This document shows, piece by piece, positions 11,681 through 25,515 of a stretch of DNA of 64,000 nt. The stretch comes from Ylistrum balloti (taxonomy: Eukaryota): contig NW_026782772.1 in assembly GCF_031769215.1 (NCBI RefSeq), positions 1-64,000 on the forward strand, written 5' to 3'. Each line of letters opens with the position of its first letter. Position 1 is the stretch's first letter. Made by a program: the position numbers and the translations under genes. Below the pieces are notes generated by a model. The model made no database searches, was not told the origin of the DNA, and saw nothing but the letters and a program-made list of their open reading frames with translations.

Positions 11681-14600
11681 TCAATTTGGCACTTGGAAAA
11701 GACAGTCCGGGGATTTCTTTTTATTATTATTTACACTGACGTTTCCTTGTAACCACTGAGCTTGTTGGGAATGATAGGTCCATTCACCAAACTGGTCTGG
11801 AGGTTTAATGTTGCGGGTGGAACGCGTCGGAGCAACCGGTGAGGTGTCCTGTGCAGTAGCTCCTACTTCCGGAGAAGGCGGGTGCACTTCCGGTATGGAC
11901 ATATCAAGGTTCTCAGCTTCTTAAAAAAATGTTTCACGGGAAGAGCTGTCGCTCACCATGAGCTGAGTGTCATCCAGGGTTATGACCTCACAGACTGGCT
12001 CCGCTGGCCTTAGATTCTGGATCCTGGGACGCCTCTTTGGACGAGGAGGAGGAATTGGAGCATAGTCGTCACTGCTGTCAGAATCAACAGATGACGAATT
12101 CTTACTCTCGGTTGTAAATGAAGCTGGTAACAATGGTCTTGCCCTAGAAAGGGCTACCTCAGGAACGTCTACAGGCATGGAATTGAAGGGCAACATCATA
12201 TTTCTGTGCAAGGTGCGTATGCCACCGTTGCCCGATTCCATCTTAACCTGGTAGACAGAAATATCACTATCTGGTATCTTCAAAACCAAATAGGGTTCCT
12301 GTTCCCATTTGTCAGCTAACTTGTTCTTTCCTTGGAGACCGACATTTCGAACAAGAACACGGTCACCAACATTGAGCCGAGATTCCCGTATGGACCGATC
12401 AATTCGGTCTTTGTTTCGGGCAGCATTCTTGGATGCCTCTGCTCGCGCAGCTTTATAGGCATATTCCATCCTATTTTTGAGCTTGCCGACACATGAAGTT
12501 GGTTCTGCTGCTCCCTCACTCCTTGGTTCTGTACCAACGAATGCATCAACTGACAGGCGGGGGTGCCTCCCAAACATTAGGAAATGGGTTGAATACCCGG
12601 TGGAGTCATTCTTTGTTGCATTGTATGCCTGTACCTGAGGCGCTACATAAGATTTCCAGTCTGCTTTCTAGTCATGCTCTAAGGTACCGAGCATTGCCAA
12701 CAGAGTTCTGTTAAACCTTTCAACCTGGCCGTTTCCCTACAACAGAAGATTCATCTTGTAGTGTCTTCCCCCTGGGGTGAAAACTGTTTCTCAGAAGGTC
12801 ACAAACTCTCGCTATATCACGATCCTCCGATTGTTGTTTCTTCCAATCTACTGAGCTATTTACTGACTGTGAGCACCCACTGGCCACATGAGTGTCACTG
12901 TCACAGATATCACTTTCTGGAAAGGGGTAATCAGAGATGGCGTACTGACATACAGCCTTGACAACATCGGTACTTGCGCAACATACTCGAGATAAACCAT
13001 CTGCATCGGCATTATTCTTCCCACCACGGTACTTAAGGGTAAAATTATAATTAGCCAGAGCAGCAACCCATCGGTGTCCGGTGGCATCCAACTTAGCTTT
13101 ACCAAGCACATAAGTAAGGGGGTTATTATCTGTTACAACCTCAAAAGTATTACCATATAAGTGTTACCGGGGTTCACAGTTCCAACAGAAACCAGATCCG
13201 GGAGTAGTTTTATTCACATTTATTCATACGTTCTTTCCATTAAAAAAAACCCTGTCAACAAATAAATACAACATATAAACTCTTATGCTCGACTACACAT
13301 CTCGCACACTCGACATAACAAAGGGAAATAACTCCTACTGCAGAAATGCAGTCATATAACAATCCATTTACCCCTATTTTACCCTATCAAATGTACATAG
13401 CCAATGATATTTATTGCGAAACTGTTATTAAATCTCAAAACTGAACATATGAATCCAATTATAGTTCCAAAAGGTTACAAATCACTTATATATTCAGACA
13501 GATAAATATCATATCTATTCAAACCACACAAATTACTCATACGCTTCATACTAAAACACTAAACACTTTCTACAGCTACATAAATAGTAAAATACAATTA
13601 AAATATAAAAACCTATTTAGTTCACTCACCCCACAGCCATGGTGTGGAGGTTTCCTTCACTTTTTCCTCTATCAATATTCCGAATTTTCAGTATTCTAAA
13701 ATAATATAAATAGCCCTAATAATTATGAATTAAATGGCAATTTATGGAAAACCAACTAACAAATGTAAAACCAAATAACAAATGGAATTACTAAGTTTTA
13801 TGTTCCTATCATTCAATTTCGCTATGACCTTGAAATTATTCAATGACGAAAGTCAAGTACATTCAAAAACAAGAATAAAAGTTAAAAGACAATTAGTTTT
13901 ACAAAATTATATAATATTCACTTACTTCCTTTATGTTATATATATGAGAAAACTATTACAAAAGAATGTTATAAAACTTAATATTTAAATTTACCTGTCA
14001 AATGTCTTATGATTTCACACCTCCCAAGGAATATGTCTGCTTTGTCTGCTGGTCAGGAATGGAGTGCCCAAACTGGCCAACACCTGTACACAGGTAAGTT
14101 GAGCCACCCGTCATGACCAATCGTAAAGCCCGTCCCAAGTCAGATGTCATCACAACTCTTATACACTCACATGCATACCAGGTAAGTACATATCACATAC
14201 ACAGACAGATTCATTAAGGGTCCTTACCCCATCTTTCACACCAGACAATATACGCGCATACAAAACAGATTTCAATCAAACCCGCATAGAGTATGTACTT
14301 ACACAAATAGCATAATATTATCATAAATAAATACCCTACTACATAAGTAATCATGAAATTTGTCCATAACTGCCCACTTAAGTGCTAAAAACTCCAGCTT
14401 ATGCGCCGGATAGTTCCGCTCACTTAGTTTGAGTCCCCGACTAGTATACGCTATGACTTTTTCCTTTCCATCTTGAAGCTGGTAAAGAACAGCACCCAGT
14501 CCAGTTGCTGAAGCATCAGTATGTGCGATGAAAGGATTGGTATAGTCAGCATACATGTAAGCTAACACAGGAGGCTCCAACCGTTTAGCCTTTATAGAGT

Positions 14601-15620
14601 CAAAAGCCATTTGCTGTAGGTCTCCCCAGACCCATTCAGCCTTTGGTTTTAGGCTTGGCCCTTTTAGGTTTAGAACCTTTTTTGACAGATCATGACCCTG
14701 TAAAAGCTTATTCAGCAGCTGTACTATACTAGCAAAGTCCTTGATGATCTGCCAATAGTAACCACAGAACCCTAAAAAACTGTCGTACTTCTTTGACATT
14801 TGCTGGTACAGGCCAATCTTTAACAGCCGACACCTTTTAAGGATCGGTTGCAATACCCTTCTCTGACACTACATGACCAAGGTAGGTGATGCTAGATTTA
14901 ACGAATTCACACTTGGAAGGTTTGAGTTTCAATCCATGATGTACAAGTCTGGTAAACACGGATTCTAGCCTACTGATGTGCTCGTCAAACGTTTTAGAAA
15001 AGATGAGGATGTCGTCGAGAAATATAAGACAATCCCGTAGATGCATATCACCCATGCATTTCTCCATTAGCCGTTGGAACGTGGCTGGAGCACAGGTAAG
15101 ACAAAAACCCCATACGGTTTGTTTCATAAAATCCAAGGTTTCCGACAGAAACCTATACAGCCTCAGAAACCTATACATGCCAGTAACCTGACCGTAAATC
15201 GAGTTTGCTAAAATACTTTGACCCAATTAGTGAGGCCACAGTATCATCAAATCGAGGCAACATGTATGCATCTTTGCGTGTTCTCAAGTTAAGCATTCTG
15301 TAATCGATGCAAAACCGCAGATAGCCATCCTTCTTCCTAATAAAGACAACACTGGAGGAATAAGGACTGTTTGACTCTCTGATGACACCTGCATTTAGCA
15401 TGTCCTTAACATGCTGACGGACTTCTTCGTACTTACCAGGTGGTATTTTCCTGTACGGTTGCTTAAAAGGTCGATCTTCGAGAAGTTCAATCTTATGTTG
15501 AACTAAGTCCCTACGTCCTAAGTCTAAAGTACCACTTGAAAACACATGTTTCCAATTTCAGAGCACTTGGCGAACACGTAACAATTGCTCCTCGATAAGA
15601 GTATCAGTGTCAATAACCAC
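11681..15620 (-). mobile_element. Gypsy B: degraded pol relic (RT, RNase H, partial integrase)
   Basis: LRFCIDYR, FLDDILIF, HTDASATGLG, HKLEFLALKWAV, DNNPLTYV, MFGRHPRL; many stops; large deletion of the integrase HHCC/core before GNGQVERFN; no flanking LTR pair found. Confidence 0.9.
13162..14343. mobile_element. Solo LTR (1182 bp) inserted in the RNase H of Gypsy B
   Basis: TGT..ACA ends; 4-bp TSD TAAG (13158-13161, 14344-14347); excision restores FHDYLYGNTFEVVTDNNPL. Confidence 0.88.
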
Positions 15621-15654
15621 ATTAAGCCAATTAGGTAATGATTATTTATTTCAA

Positions 15655-15728
15655 TGCCTCCACTAGAAATCGAACCCCGGGACCCCTAGCTTACTAGCCT
15701 GACGCTCTACCAATCGAGCTAAAGAGAA
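15655..15728 (-). repeat. tRNA-Thr-derived sequence (anticodon loop CTAGTAA) within a short interspersed element
   Basis: CTCTTTAGCTC-GATTGGTA-GAGC..CTAGTAA..GGTTCGATT..GGAGGCA; D stem pairs, anticodon and T stems do not, so not a functional tRNA. Confidence 0.65.
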
Positions 15729-16569
15729 GTTCTCTCTAACACAGCGGTATATTACGGCTAGTATTATACCACAGTTACAAACAGGCCAACACACCAAGAC
15801 GACGCAGGTCACAATTAGGGTTAATGTAATATGTACCACAATGTTTCCAGGGCGCAATATTCCAAAGAAGGCTACTACACATGCACACCAGAACGAAAAA
15901 TCACCACTATGCTTCCAGGAAATTGTGGACCCAAATTTAAGCAAAGGTTCTGGCATAATTACATCAACTGGATAGTGTGCAGTGCCTTAAAATTGCTTTG
16001 CCCCCATTAGCACCTGGTGCAACAGATGGTCTCCCTGAATAGGATTTGGGAATCCAGAAACGCAATGTATATGGGACATGTTCAGTTATTGACGCATGGT
16101 ATGATATTTCAACTGTTTCACAGTAATTTGATAAGCGACTTAGACGTGAAGCATGTGGGATGAGGCCAGTACTGGTGAATACCTGTAATGATCACCATAC
16201 GTAATGTAGCACCTCAGGTGTATAGCATAAGTCCTCGACGTAGAATCTTTATCATAAAGTAAAAATTTCAAAGCAATGTATGTATTGTGATACATATAGT
16301 GCATATTGTTACAGCGCTATTTGCCTGACACTGGAACTAAATTGACAATATTGTATACTGAGTTTTTTTTTTTATATGGCAAGCTTAATCCTTAAATGAA
16401 TGAAGAAGAGAGAAAACAATATTTTCATATTATTTGGTGAAAGTGGCACCATATTAGCAATCTTTTCATTTCAAGGATTTTGGTATGCGATATAAGCAAA
16501 TCTGAAAATTATTAAAGTTATTGAATTTCGATTTTTTTTTCATGTTTCTGTTAAAGTATGACTAGAAGT

Positions 16570-16960
16570 GTTTAGCTACGGTAGCCGGATTGGTCTAACA
16601 ACAAGTGGGATGAGGAGTTAGTTACAGGACACACACTACACAATACACACATCCAGTACAAATATATATCTCTTCTTAAATATTATCTTATCATACTTGT
16701 TTTTATAATTTGTCAGATGAAGCGCCGCACACACACTGTATAATGGCCAGCCAAATGATAGAACAGTGGACAATGTAGATGTAGGTCTGTCTCGTTCTGT
16801 GTGTGCGTGCTCGGGCGTCCTTACGACAGTCGGCCATGTGTAGGGCTCTGTTCGGATTGTATTTGTTAATAAACTTGTTAATTGTTGAATGTGACTCCCA
16901 GTTTTGTTTTCTAAACCACTGGAGACCCAGGCTCAGAACCTGGCTTTACACCTGGCTTAC
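16570..16960. repeat. Possible LTR fragment
   Basis: AATAAA followed by an end at ..GCTTACA; no partner LTR or TSD found. Confidence 0.25.
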
Positions 16961-18254
16961 ATAGCTAGTCAGCGCCGGAGGCCACGCCTCTAACGTATTG
17001 TCACGTAGTGTATTTTAGGAATGTTTTAGCAAGTGTATATCTGTACGAATACGTCGTGAATTAACTTATCGAGTGCCTGCATTATTTTTTATCTAGGGAC
17101 ATGTTATATTTATATTTCTACCATTCTACTCTCAGGCTATTGTGTAAATATGGCGGGTGTTGCATAAATATTAGTGATATTCAACTAGTGGTATATGGCC
17201 TTCCGGATACATAATTGGTGAACTTTGACCCGAACTACTTTTTTCACTCGCATGATTTGTTCCACATGCGATTTGTTTAATATCGTCTGCTGTCAACATG
17301 GCTGAACTGGATAGGCTTGAGGTGAATGTAGTGATAAAGTAAAGCTATGTGATGGGGAAAATGGTGTAATCCGGGCAATTTCAAAAGCAGATAATAATGT
17401 TGGGTTTGATCATTTCCAAATAGAGCTTAATTCGGGAAAGACTGTTACAGAAGCCAAGTATCGTTTCGACGTGATACCGGCTTGTCAGTGGTAGCCTGTA
17501 TGTTTACAAATGCTTATACTCCGCCCCTTTTACATCAGCTTACGTCATTGATACATTGTAGTACAATGTATTTGTAATGTTGCACTTGCTTACACCTAGG
17601 CCTAACATTGTAGCCTTTTTCATAATTTTATTCGATTGAAGTCAAAATTGATCTTTTGAGCATAATTCCAGCCCGAAGTAATAAATTTCTTAAATTATTT
17701 CGGATGTCGGAATGGTGCATATATTGGCCTTGATTAAATTGCTTGTTATTTATTCAGTTCATATTCAGAGTTTAGATTTATGCCTGTTTTTTATATAACC
17801 AGGTCTGATGAACAAGTCTGGGAGTAACAATAACGGAAAAAGACTGACAAACCGTAGTACTATGACAGATGAAATAGGGCTGATGGGTGAGATCTAAAGA
17901 GTTAGAGAAGGTAATTAAAAAGAGATAGGGATTGTAACAAAAGAGATGACCAAGGCACACAGATGGTTGTAAAGGCATAAAGGAAGCTGAGTGTGGGAAG
18001 ATGTGTGTGAAGGGTTAGTGAACAAGGGTGTGTGGATATAAGGTCAATTAGGTATAATTTGTTATAAGGAACATTAGCTATACAAGGAATTGATTGTTAG
18101 GAGTTAGGTATTAGGTAGTGTTGCTGATGTTAGTGGTCAGTCTAGTTTTGGATATCAAGAATAAAAGGTGAACTGGAACTTGGTGCATATTGTTATTTAG
18201 TAGAATTCCCCAAGATCATGATCCAAAGACGAGGAAACGGGTGATATGTGGTGA

Positions 18255-18904
18255 AAGTACCAGGAAGTACCTTGTACAAAACCTCAATGACAAAGGATTA
18301 TCCCCAAATCAGATTATGCAGATACAAACTATTTTCACATTGAAATATCTCAACTTGATCATTAGGGCCTATAATCGTTACAAGTAAATGAACACTTACC
18401 TTGTTTAAATAAATTAAATCCCAAACAGTTTAACACTAATATAAATTTATAAAAAATCTGCTTTCATAATACAGGGCAATGCATCACAGTCAGGCTTAGA
18501 GTAGACAATAACTAGATCTCTACTTCCATTGGTCCTATAAAACGTTGCCTAATTATGTAATTCTTTGCATCCTCCAGATTTCCGGGTACAAGAATATCCA
18601 GAGTATCAACAGTTACTCAACTTTAAAGACAAACCAGCACCGGACGATTTCAAGAGCGATATCGTCATGCTTGGATCACGTTGACAGACCTTTCACTAGA
18701 TCTAATAGCACATCTAGTGCAAGCGAAGTCATCGTCAGACATCCAAATCCTGAATCAACTGTGTCTGCAAATCCCACCGGTGCCCTTACTTCAGTATTTG
18801 CAGGTCCTATTCACGGTGGTTCATTCACAATAAACATTAACAATACAAACGTCAATAAACGCCCCAGATCAAGGGTGCTGTACTCTGATTCTGACAGTGT
18901 TTGA
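18255..18904 (+). pseudogene. C-terminal fragment of a Crypton/DUF3504-like tyrosine recombinase (2 exons)
   Basis: STRKYLVQNLNDKGLSPNQIMQ | ISGYKNIQSINSY (box II-like with Tyr); intron acceptor CCTCCAG, donor non-canonical (AT instead of GT); tail FAGPIHGGSFTININ. Confidence 0.6.
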
Positions 18905-20319
18905 GCTTGAAGTTTCCAGCGGGAACCAGATGACACCACTATATGTGTCTGTATAAAAGCGCGCCTAATATAGTCCGCGATTTTCTACGATTATATAGAC
19001 AGTTCAAGTTTATAAGACTAATCGTCATTGTGTTATTATGTGTAAACTTTAAAATTGTGAAAATAATAAAGAAATAAATTATTTATCACCATATATATTT
19101 TTGAATATTAATTGGACCCTTTTCACTCCGAGTGATATCTCTACGCCACATTTGCATATGTCAGCAAATTGTTTTCACACGTATACATGTATAGTGTCCG
19201 CCTTCCGCCTGATGTTCCGTTACATCTTTTTAGAATTTTTGTTGCAGGAGTAGTTATCTCCCTTTTATTGGGGAATTATCTCCCCTGGATAGAAATCTTT
19301 CTTTTCGCTACTAATGAACCGCCATGACGGCATTCCATCGTTTGCCGCCTACAAAAAAATGTCATAAATTGTGGAAGAGCCATAATTGTAAGTGTCCAGA
19401 CATTGCCAAAATAAGGCATTTCATGTAGCTATTCAGATTGTCAGGTTACGCTAGGTATCTATACTGATATTTGTATTATACGAATCGAGTCAGTGAAAAG
19501 CACATGGTTGTCCGAGTTGGCCATTTCGTCCCACCCAAGAGTAGTGTGATAATTTGGTCTGTATTTTTTGGTTATGAGTTTGCAATTTTATTAATTAATT
19601 CTATAAAATAGAATTATTTCAATGTTTTGCTTAGCTTCATAAGTATCTGTGTAATAATTAAGCTCAGAAATAAGAGTTAAGATACCTATGATAGTTTATG
19701 TATTGTTATATATAGATTCCGTCCTATGTCTCATTTTACAATTTGAGTTATCTCCCTTGGACTGTATAAACTAGAACTCCTGTACATTGTCACCTCTGTA
19801 AGTCGTTGTAACTTCAAGTTTCCTTCTTTAATAGTTGCAGAGGTCGGCCTTACTTGTAATTTCCAGTATTTTTTGGAATATTTTCGGTCTGTTCAGAAGT
19901 TTTCAAGTATTTATACTAGTCATATAGTAACAGATATCAACAAACAACTGTAATAATGTATGTAATTACATATGTAGTTAAATTCTATGTTCAGTCTCAG
20001 TTCAATGTCTATTTCTTGTCATATTTTCTGTAATTTCATAATGTAACAATGCTGTATTTTGTATGTTTCAGTCTTCACGTTTACATGGAATAAAATCAAT
20101 CAACCAACACGTACATCTTTGTGTCGTACAGTTACAGCCTGTGATCTCGAAATAAGAACGGTAGAAACAGATTACACAACGAGTGGTTGTTGGAAAGCGA
20201 GTGTCTTTTTTAACTTTTAAAAAATAACTAACGAGAGTGAAATAAACGTCGTATTCAACAACCGCTCGTTGTGTAATCTCTATATATATACTGAAAGGAT
20301 AAAGAAACCCAGGGTAATA

Positions 20320-21606
20320 TACTGAAAGGATAAAGAAACGCAGGGTAATATTTATTCTGATATTTTGAAAACGCGTTCTCCAAATAAAGTGAAACTTTGT
20401 GGATTGAGTAATTAGGTCATATTGCACCTTGTCATGTATCGAAAATTTAGTCACGGTACAGTGCGCAGCTCTGGTAAATGGAGGAAGGAAAAAACAAGAA
20501 TCTCGTGCACCGTGTTGTTCTGATCTCATGCTACGTTGGTCAAGTCACTCTTCGTTAGTCTTTATACAGACCAACTGCTTCCCTAAAATTAATTGAGAAT
20601 TTGATTCGTTTTAAGAATGGCACGACTCACAGAAGTTCAGAGGGGTCAGGCCATTCAGATGCTGATACAAGGACAGCTGCAAAGTCAGGTTGCTAGGCAC
20701 TTTGGTGTTAATGTTTCAACCATATAACGTCTTGTAAGACATCTTCGGGAAAACTGGGCGATTGGCCGATTGACCTAGGTCAGGACGTCCGCGTGTAACG
20801 TCACGATGTCAGGATCGCTATATCGTCGTCTCTCATGTGCGTAATCGGCGCCTTACTGCCGTTGAGAGTAATGTTCGTGGAAATCATGGGCGTCCTATAA
20901 GTTCAAAAACTGTAAGGAATCGATTACGAGAAGTTGGTGTAAGAGATCGTCGCCCCGACGTAGGTCCTCACCTTACCCATGCTCGACGTCAGCGTCGTAT
21001 GGCCTGGGTCGCTGCACATGCTCCACGACGGTTTCCACTGAGGCAGTGGAGACAAGTTTTCTTCGCGGACGAGTCTCGATTCTGTCTTTATCGATCTGAC
21101 GGCCGTCAACGTGTCTACCGACGTCGTGGCGAACGTTTTACGGACACTTGCGTGGTAGAGAGGGATAGGTTTGGGGGCGGTTCAGTAATGGTGTGGGGAA
21201 GAATCTCACACGGGTTATAATCACAATTGGTTGTTATTGATGGCAATTTAACAGCAGCTAAGTTTTGATCCTCCGACCCCATGTTATCCCTTTCTTACAG
21301 CAGCATAATCTAACCATCCAGCAGGATAATGCTAGGCCCCACGTAGCAAGGATCAACCACTAGATTGGCCGCCATATAGCCCTGATTTGAGCATCTTTGG
21401 GATCAGTTGGATAGATAGGTTCGTTCAATTCATTCAATTTAATCGTTAGTACCTCTAAACCAATTGCCAGATGCAAAATACAGACTTTGGACATTTTTAA
21501 GCTTTAATTTATCTGTAAGTATACAAAATTTCGTTTTAAATGAAGCCCAATATCATACTTAATTTCTGGTTTAAAGTTCACCCTGCGTTTCTTTATCCTT
21601 TTAGTA
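20320..21606 (+). mobile_element. Tc1/mariner element 1 with decayed transposase (ATG 20617)
   Basis: 27-bp TIRs TACTGAAAGGATAAAGAAACGCAGGGT with 1 mismatch, TA flanks; HTH, FADESRF, GGGSVMVWG, QQDNARPH, WPPYSPDL; stops and deletions. Confidence 0.93.
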
Positions 21607-22409
21607 TATTCAGCCGTCACACCTGGCCAACCGGTCCGGGTACCTGTTCCATTGTTAGCGTGCGTGGGTCGAACTGTCATATAATGTTGTCGAGTTGTCT
21701 TGTATTCTTTATTGTAATAGTTTGTAACGAGTGTACGAGTGTGTAAGTCAAGTGGCCATGAGTTTTCTTTGTAAATCGTCCGCCTTTTTTCGGGCAGACT
21801 GAGCTCGTTCGTTGTGTTGTGCAGACCTGTCTTTGACACGCTGTTGAATACACATCTTAAGTGACTTTTCAGTCGTTGAGTGGTTTTTCTCATAAATTCG
21901 CCCTAAAATGATACATGGCCCACTGGCCGAGTCCCAAACTAATATTGACAACGGCGATTGTCACAATATCATCGTCTTTTTAGGCGAAAACCTTTTAACA
22001 CCAAACGAGTTTACTGTCCCATGAAAAGACGGGCATGCAGTACTCAAAAAGTGATGACGTAATCCTTTTTTTCGCGAGTACCTAAATAATTTTTATACAT
22101 ACCGAAACGACATACAAAGTTACTGAAATGACAAGAATTCTCGTCTCATGATCTGTTACTATGTTTGATTTACAGATGGTTTCGGGACTTCCGATATCTT
22201 GTAGGATTGTACAAATCAAGCAGTCTGGTATAATTTATAAACAATTATTGTCAATATTCACATTTACTATCCGAGTCTGTCGACGGGCGAGTCATCGCGT
22301 AATTTTTGGTATAATACCGGAACAAAGCGAATGGCTTGCTCTCACTAACAACTGATTGAAACTACAATTTCGTCACATTTTATTACCGTCGATACAGATG
22401 TAAACCACA

Positions 22410-23900
22410 TGTAATCAGCTCTGTATTTTCAATATGGCCAAGAATTTAATGTCAAGGAATTTGTGTTACACCTTGTTGTATATTCAAAACGTGACGCCAT
22501 GCTGACTGCTAGCCAAATTCCTTTTTTACCTCTGGAGACCGGAGAGTTCCAGTCATACATTACGTCATACATTACATCTTTCCTTTCATAGAAAAATAGT
22601 TGGATCATTTCCAAAGCATTATTCTGATCAACTGAAAATACACATTTTTAAGTAAAGAATTTTAAGTAAAATTTGTTTCTTTACTGTTATCATAATATTG
22701 AATTGATAGTTACTAAATTTACTCATGAAGTTATAATAAACACTAATGTACATGTTATGAGTAATATAAAGTCAATTAACCATGTCAATGAGATAATTTC
22801 ACTATTAACCTGAAAAAGAACATTGAGTCTTATATGAAACCTAACTGAACCAGTCTTTCAAAAACTAAAACACTAACTGAACTAGTTGTCTTTTAAACTT
22901 GAAACTCGTTAACACAAAATCTATTGAACAAAGTCTTTGAATCTTGCTGGCGTTTTGATAATCCTTCCAGAACTGGATAGGCGTGGACTATCCAAAACTG
23001 ATGTAGGTGGAAGTTGGTTTTGCACGGCCTGACGGGTTTCCTGTGACATATTGCTATCCTGGATGGATGTTTTTGTAGCCAAAGTTTGCTTGGACGGTTG
23101 ATTACTGGGCGGCCAGCAATGTAAATTAAGGTCAGCTGGTTCTTGGTCCAAGTCTGCCTTTGACCTGGTTGGTCGTAGATGTCTGCGGTTTCGCCGGTAT
23201 GCCCGATTTCCTGATCGGATTACATAGGACCTTGGGGTCTTATGTTTCTCAATTACTGTTCCATGTTTCCATTCAGATCTACATGTATTTGGATGTTGTT
23301 GTAGCAGGACCTGGTCTCCAGGGCTCAGTGGTTGTAGACCTCCACTGGCATGTCGATCATAACTTTGTTGTTGTTTTTTCTGGCGTTTTACCAGTTGTTC
23401 CCGCACCTTATCAAATGCTTCAGCCTTGAGTAATGGTAATGACGTCGGTATTGTAGTTTTCAATCTTCTTCCAAGGAACATTTGAGCTGGTGAAAGTCCA
23501 ACTTCATCAATATTAGAGTTCTGATATTCTAATAAGGCCAGATATGGGTCATTTGATTTCTTCAGTAAGCGTTTGACGGTTTGAACCGTTCTCTCAGCTT
23601 GCCCATTTGACTGTGGATAATGTGGACTTGAAGTAGTATGTTCAAACTGGTACTGCTGTGAGAACTGTTTAAATTCAAAGCTAGCAAATTGGGGTCCATT
23701 GTCACTGATTACTAAATCAGGTATACCATACTTTGCCATTTGACTTTTCATGTGACTGATGACACACTTTGCGGTAGTAGATTCAAGTCTCACAATTTCT
23801 GGCCATTTTGAAAAATAATCCACGGTCAGTAGGTACGATTCATTATTGTAGTCAAACAGGTCCACACCTATTTTAGACCATGGCCTAATGGGCAACTCTG
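22410..23900 (-). mobile_element. Gypsy C: 5'-truncated element (integrase core plus 3' LTR 22410-22576)
   Basis: ORF 22921-23967 with IGVDLF, ISDNGPQ, GQAERTV; PPT TGAAAGGAAAGA next to a 167-bp TGTAAT..ATTACA LTR. Confidence 0.88.
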
Positions 23901-24054
23901 TTTTGATATGGATTATTACATGAAAATTAAGAAGAAAAAATCCAAAAATATAATATAGGTTTGTCATAATGGAGCTGTTTATGAATTTTACCCCCCACTT
24001 TACCCCCCCCCCTCCCCCATAACTAATGAATGGCTCAGATCTGACCTTAATTTT

Positions 24055-24804
24055 ATGTCATATCATGACCGCCTAACCCCAAGGAATTCCTACACAAGAA
24101 ATAAAAAATATCGGTCATGGCCGCCAGAAGGCCCAAATTGGCACTCCTCCTTTGTTCAAATATTTTTATTGGAACTTTTGAACCCGCTGTTAAAAGAGAA
24201 GCTAAAAAAGGTGAAACAATGTTCATTGAGAGACATACAACAACTTACAGACAGTGACCAGAACATTTTGTTTTACATTTCGAGATATTTGGTGAAAACT
24301 TTAAAAAAGAAATACTGTAAACTATGTGACAATGAACAGAAAGTGTTGTGTGTCAGTAGGTTGATTACTTCATTAGATATAGAAACTTTTGTTAGTAAAT
24401 ACAAAACGTGGACAGAGAGAAAAGACAGAGGAGGTTTAGAAAAGCCATGTGATGATTTCTATCTGTTGGTCAGAGAGATTGAGACTGTGACAAGGAGAAA
24501 TGTTGACTTTGACAATTTATCTGCAGGTTCTCTACTAAAAGACTCATTGAAAGAAACCATCTTTACATCCTCAATTGTTAGATATTATGCGGAGAAATTA
24601 TTTTCTGACATTGAAGAATGTGTGTATCTGCCAGTTTTAGATGACATTTTGAACTTGTTTCTAACTGTGCGAGGTCATGCAGTTTCCAAACTCGAGAGAA
24701 ATAGAGTTGTACTGTCAAAGAACATTGACAAAACCTCAAGTAGACATGTAGAAAAAAAATCAAGCAGCTTGAGACAGATTCTAAAATCTAAATGTAACAA
24801 CTAG
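24055..24804 (+). CDS. ORF resembling the P-element transposase C-terminal domain, convergent with the P transposase
   Basis: LFYISRYLV..YCKLC..WTERKDRGGLEKP..FLTVRGHA; first ~40 codons look non-homologous, so probably 5'-truncated. Confidence 0.55.
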   Translation: MSYHDRLTPRNSYTRNKKYRSWPPEGPNWHSSFVQIFLLELLNPLLKEKLKKVKQCSLRDIQQLTDSDQNILFYISRYLVKTLKKKYCKLCDNEQKVLCVSRLITSLDIETFVSKYKTWTERKDRGGLEKPCDDFYLLVREIETVTRRNVDFDNLSAGSLLKDSLKETIFTSSIVRYYAEKLFSDIEECVYLPVLDDILNLFLTVRGHAVSKLERNRVVLSKNIDKTSSRHVEKKSSSLRQILKSKCNN

Positions 24805-25294
24805 ATTTATCTTTTTCTGTACATATAGACATATCTCTAGTGTTTAAAGAAAGACAATACCATAGACATAACAGATATATATGACTTATTTATCATTAAT
24901 TATTGTGCATCCATAGGCTTTATATATTTCAGATTGTTGTCTAAGTATTTATGACTTAGTAGTTTGACACTTGACATATTTTGTGTGTTGATAAATCATT
25001 TGACAAGTCAGGATACATTGACCATGTGTGCATAAGTAGTGTGTGTAATTAACCATGTACATGTACATACCTACAGTTACACAGAATATAAAATGTATAT
25101 AATGTACTTTTAGTCTCTGTGTTTTTTTTTTTAGGAAAAATGAGAAAATCTGTTGGGTATAATAATAACTCTCAAATCCATGGGCATGAACAAATGTATA
25201 GTTTACATTTAAAATGAACAGCTCCAAATTTCCTTCTGTGCAGTGTACAAGTTCACATGTTTATAGGGTGCTGTTTTAACATTTATCTGCAAAA

Positions 25295-25515
25295 AGTGAT
25301 ATCACTAATTTGAATTAATGATATCACAACTTCAAATTAATGATATTAAATATTTTGTGATATATATTATTTAGTGATATCAATAGATTTTAATTAGTGA
25401 TGTCATTAATTCCATTTACTGATATCATTACTGTAATTCAATTTATTGATATATATTCGAATTATTGGGATCTTAATGATATCACTAATTCAATTAATTG
25501 ATATAATTAATTCCT
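25295..25515. repeat. Degenerate ~21-bp tandem repeat (TGATATCACTAATT core)
   Basis: About ten recurring GATAT(C)A/TAATT units. Confidence 0.7.

Noticed and set aside
15655-15728. Functional tRNA-Thr(AGT) gene
   Set aside because: Anticodon, T and acceptor stems have multiple mismatches
15780-16260. Possible coding relic
   Set aside because: All frames have frequent stops and I could not recognise any motif
17450-17495. Hammerhead-ribozyme-like CTGACAAG..GAAAC on the minus strand
   Set aside because: Core has A instead of G8, and stems I and III do not pair; only a simple imperfect hairpin is supported
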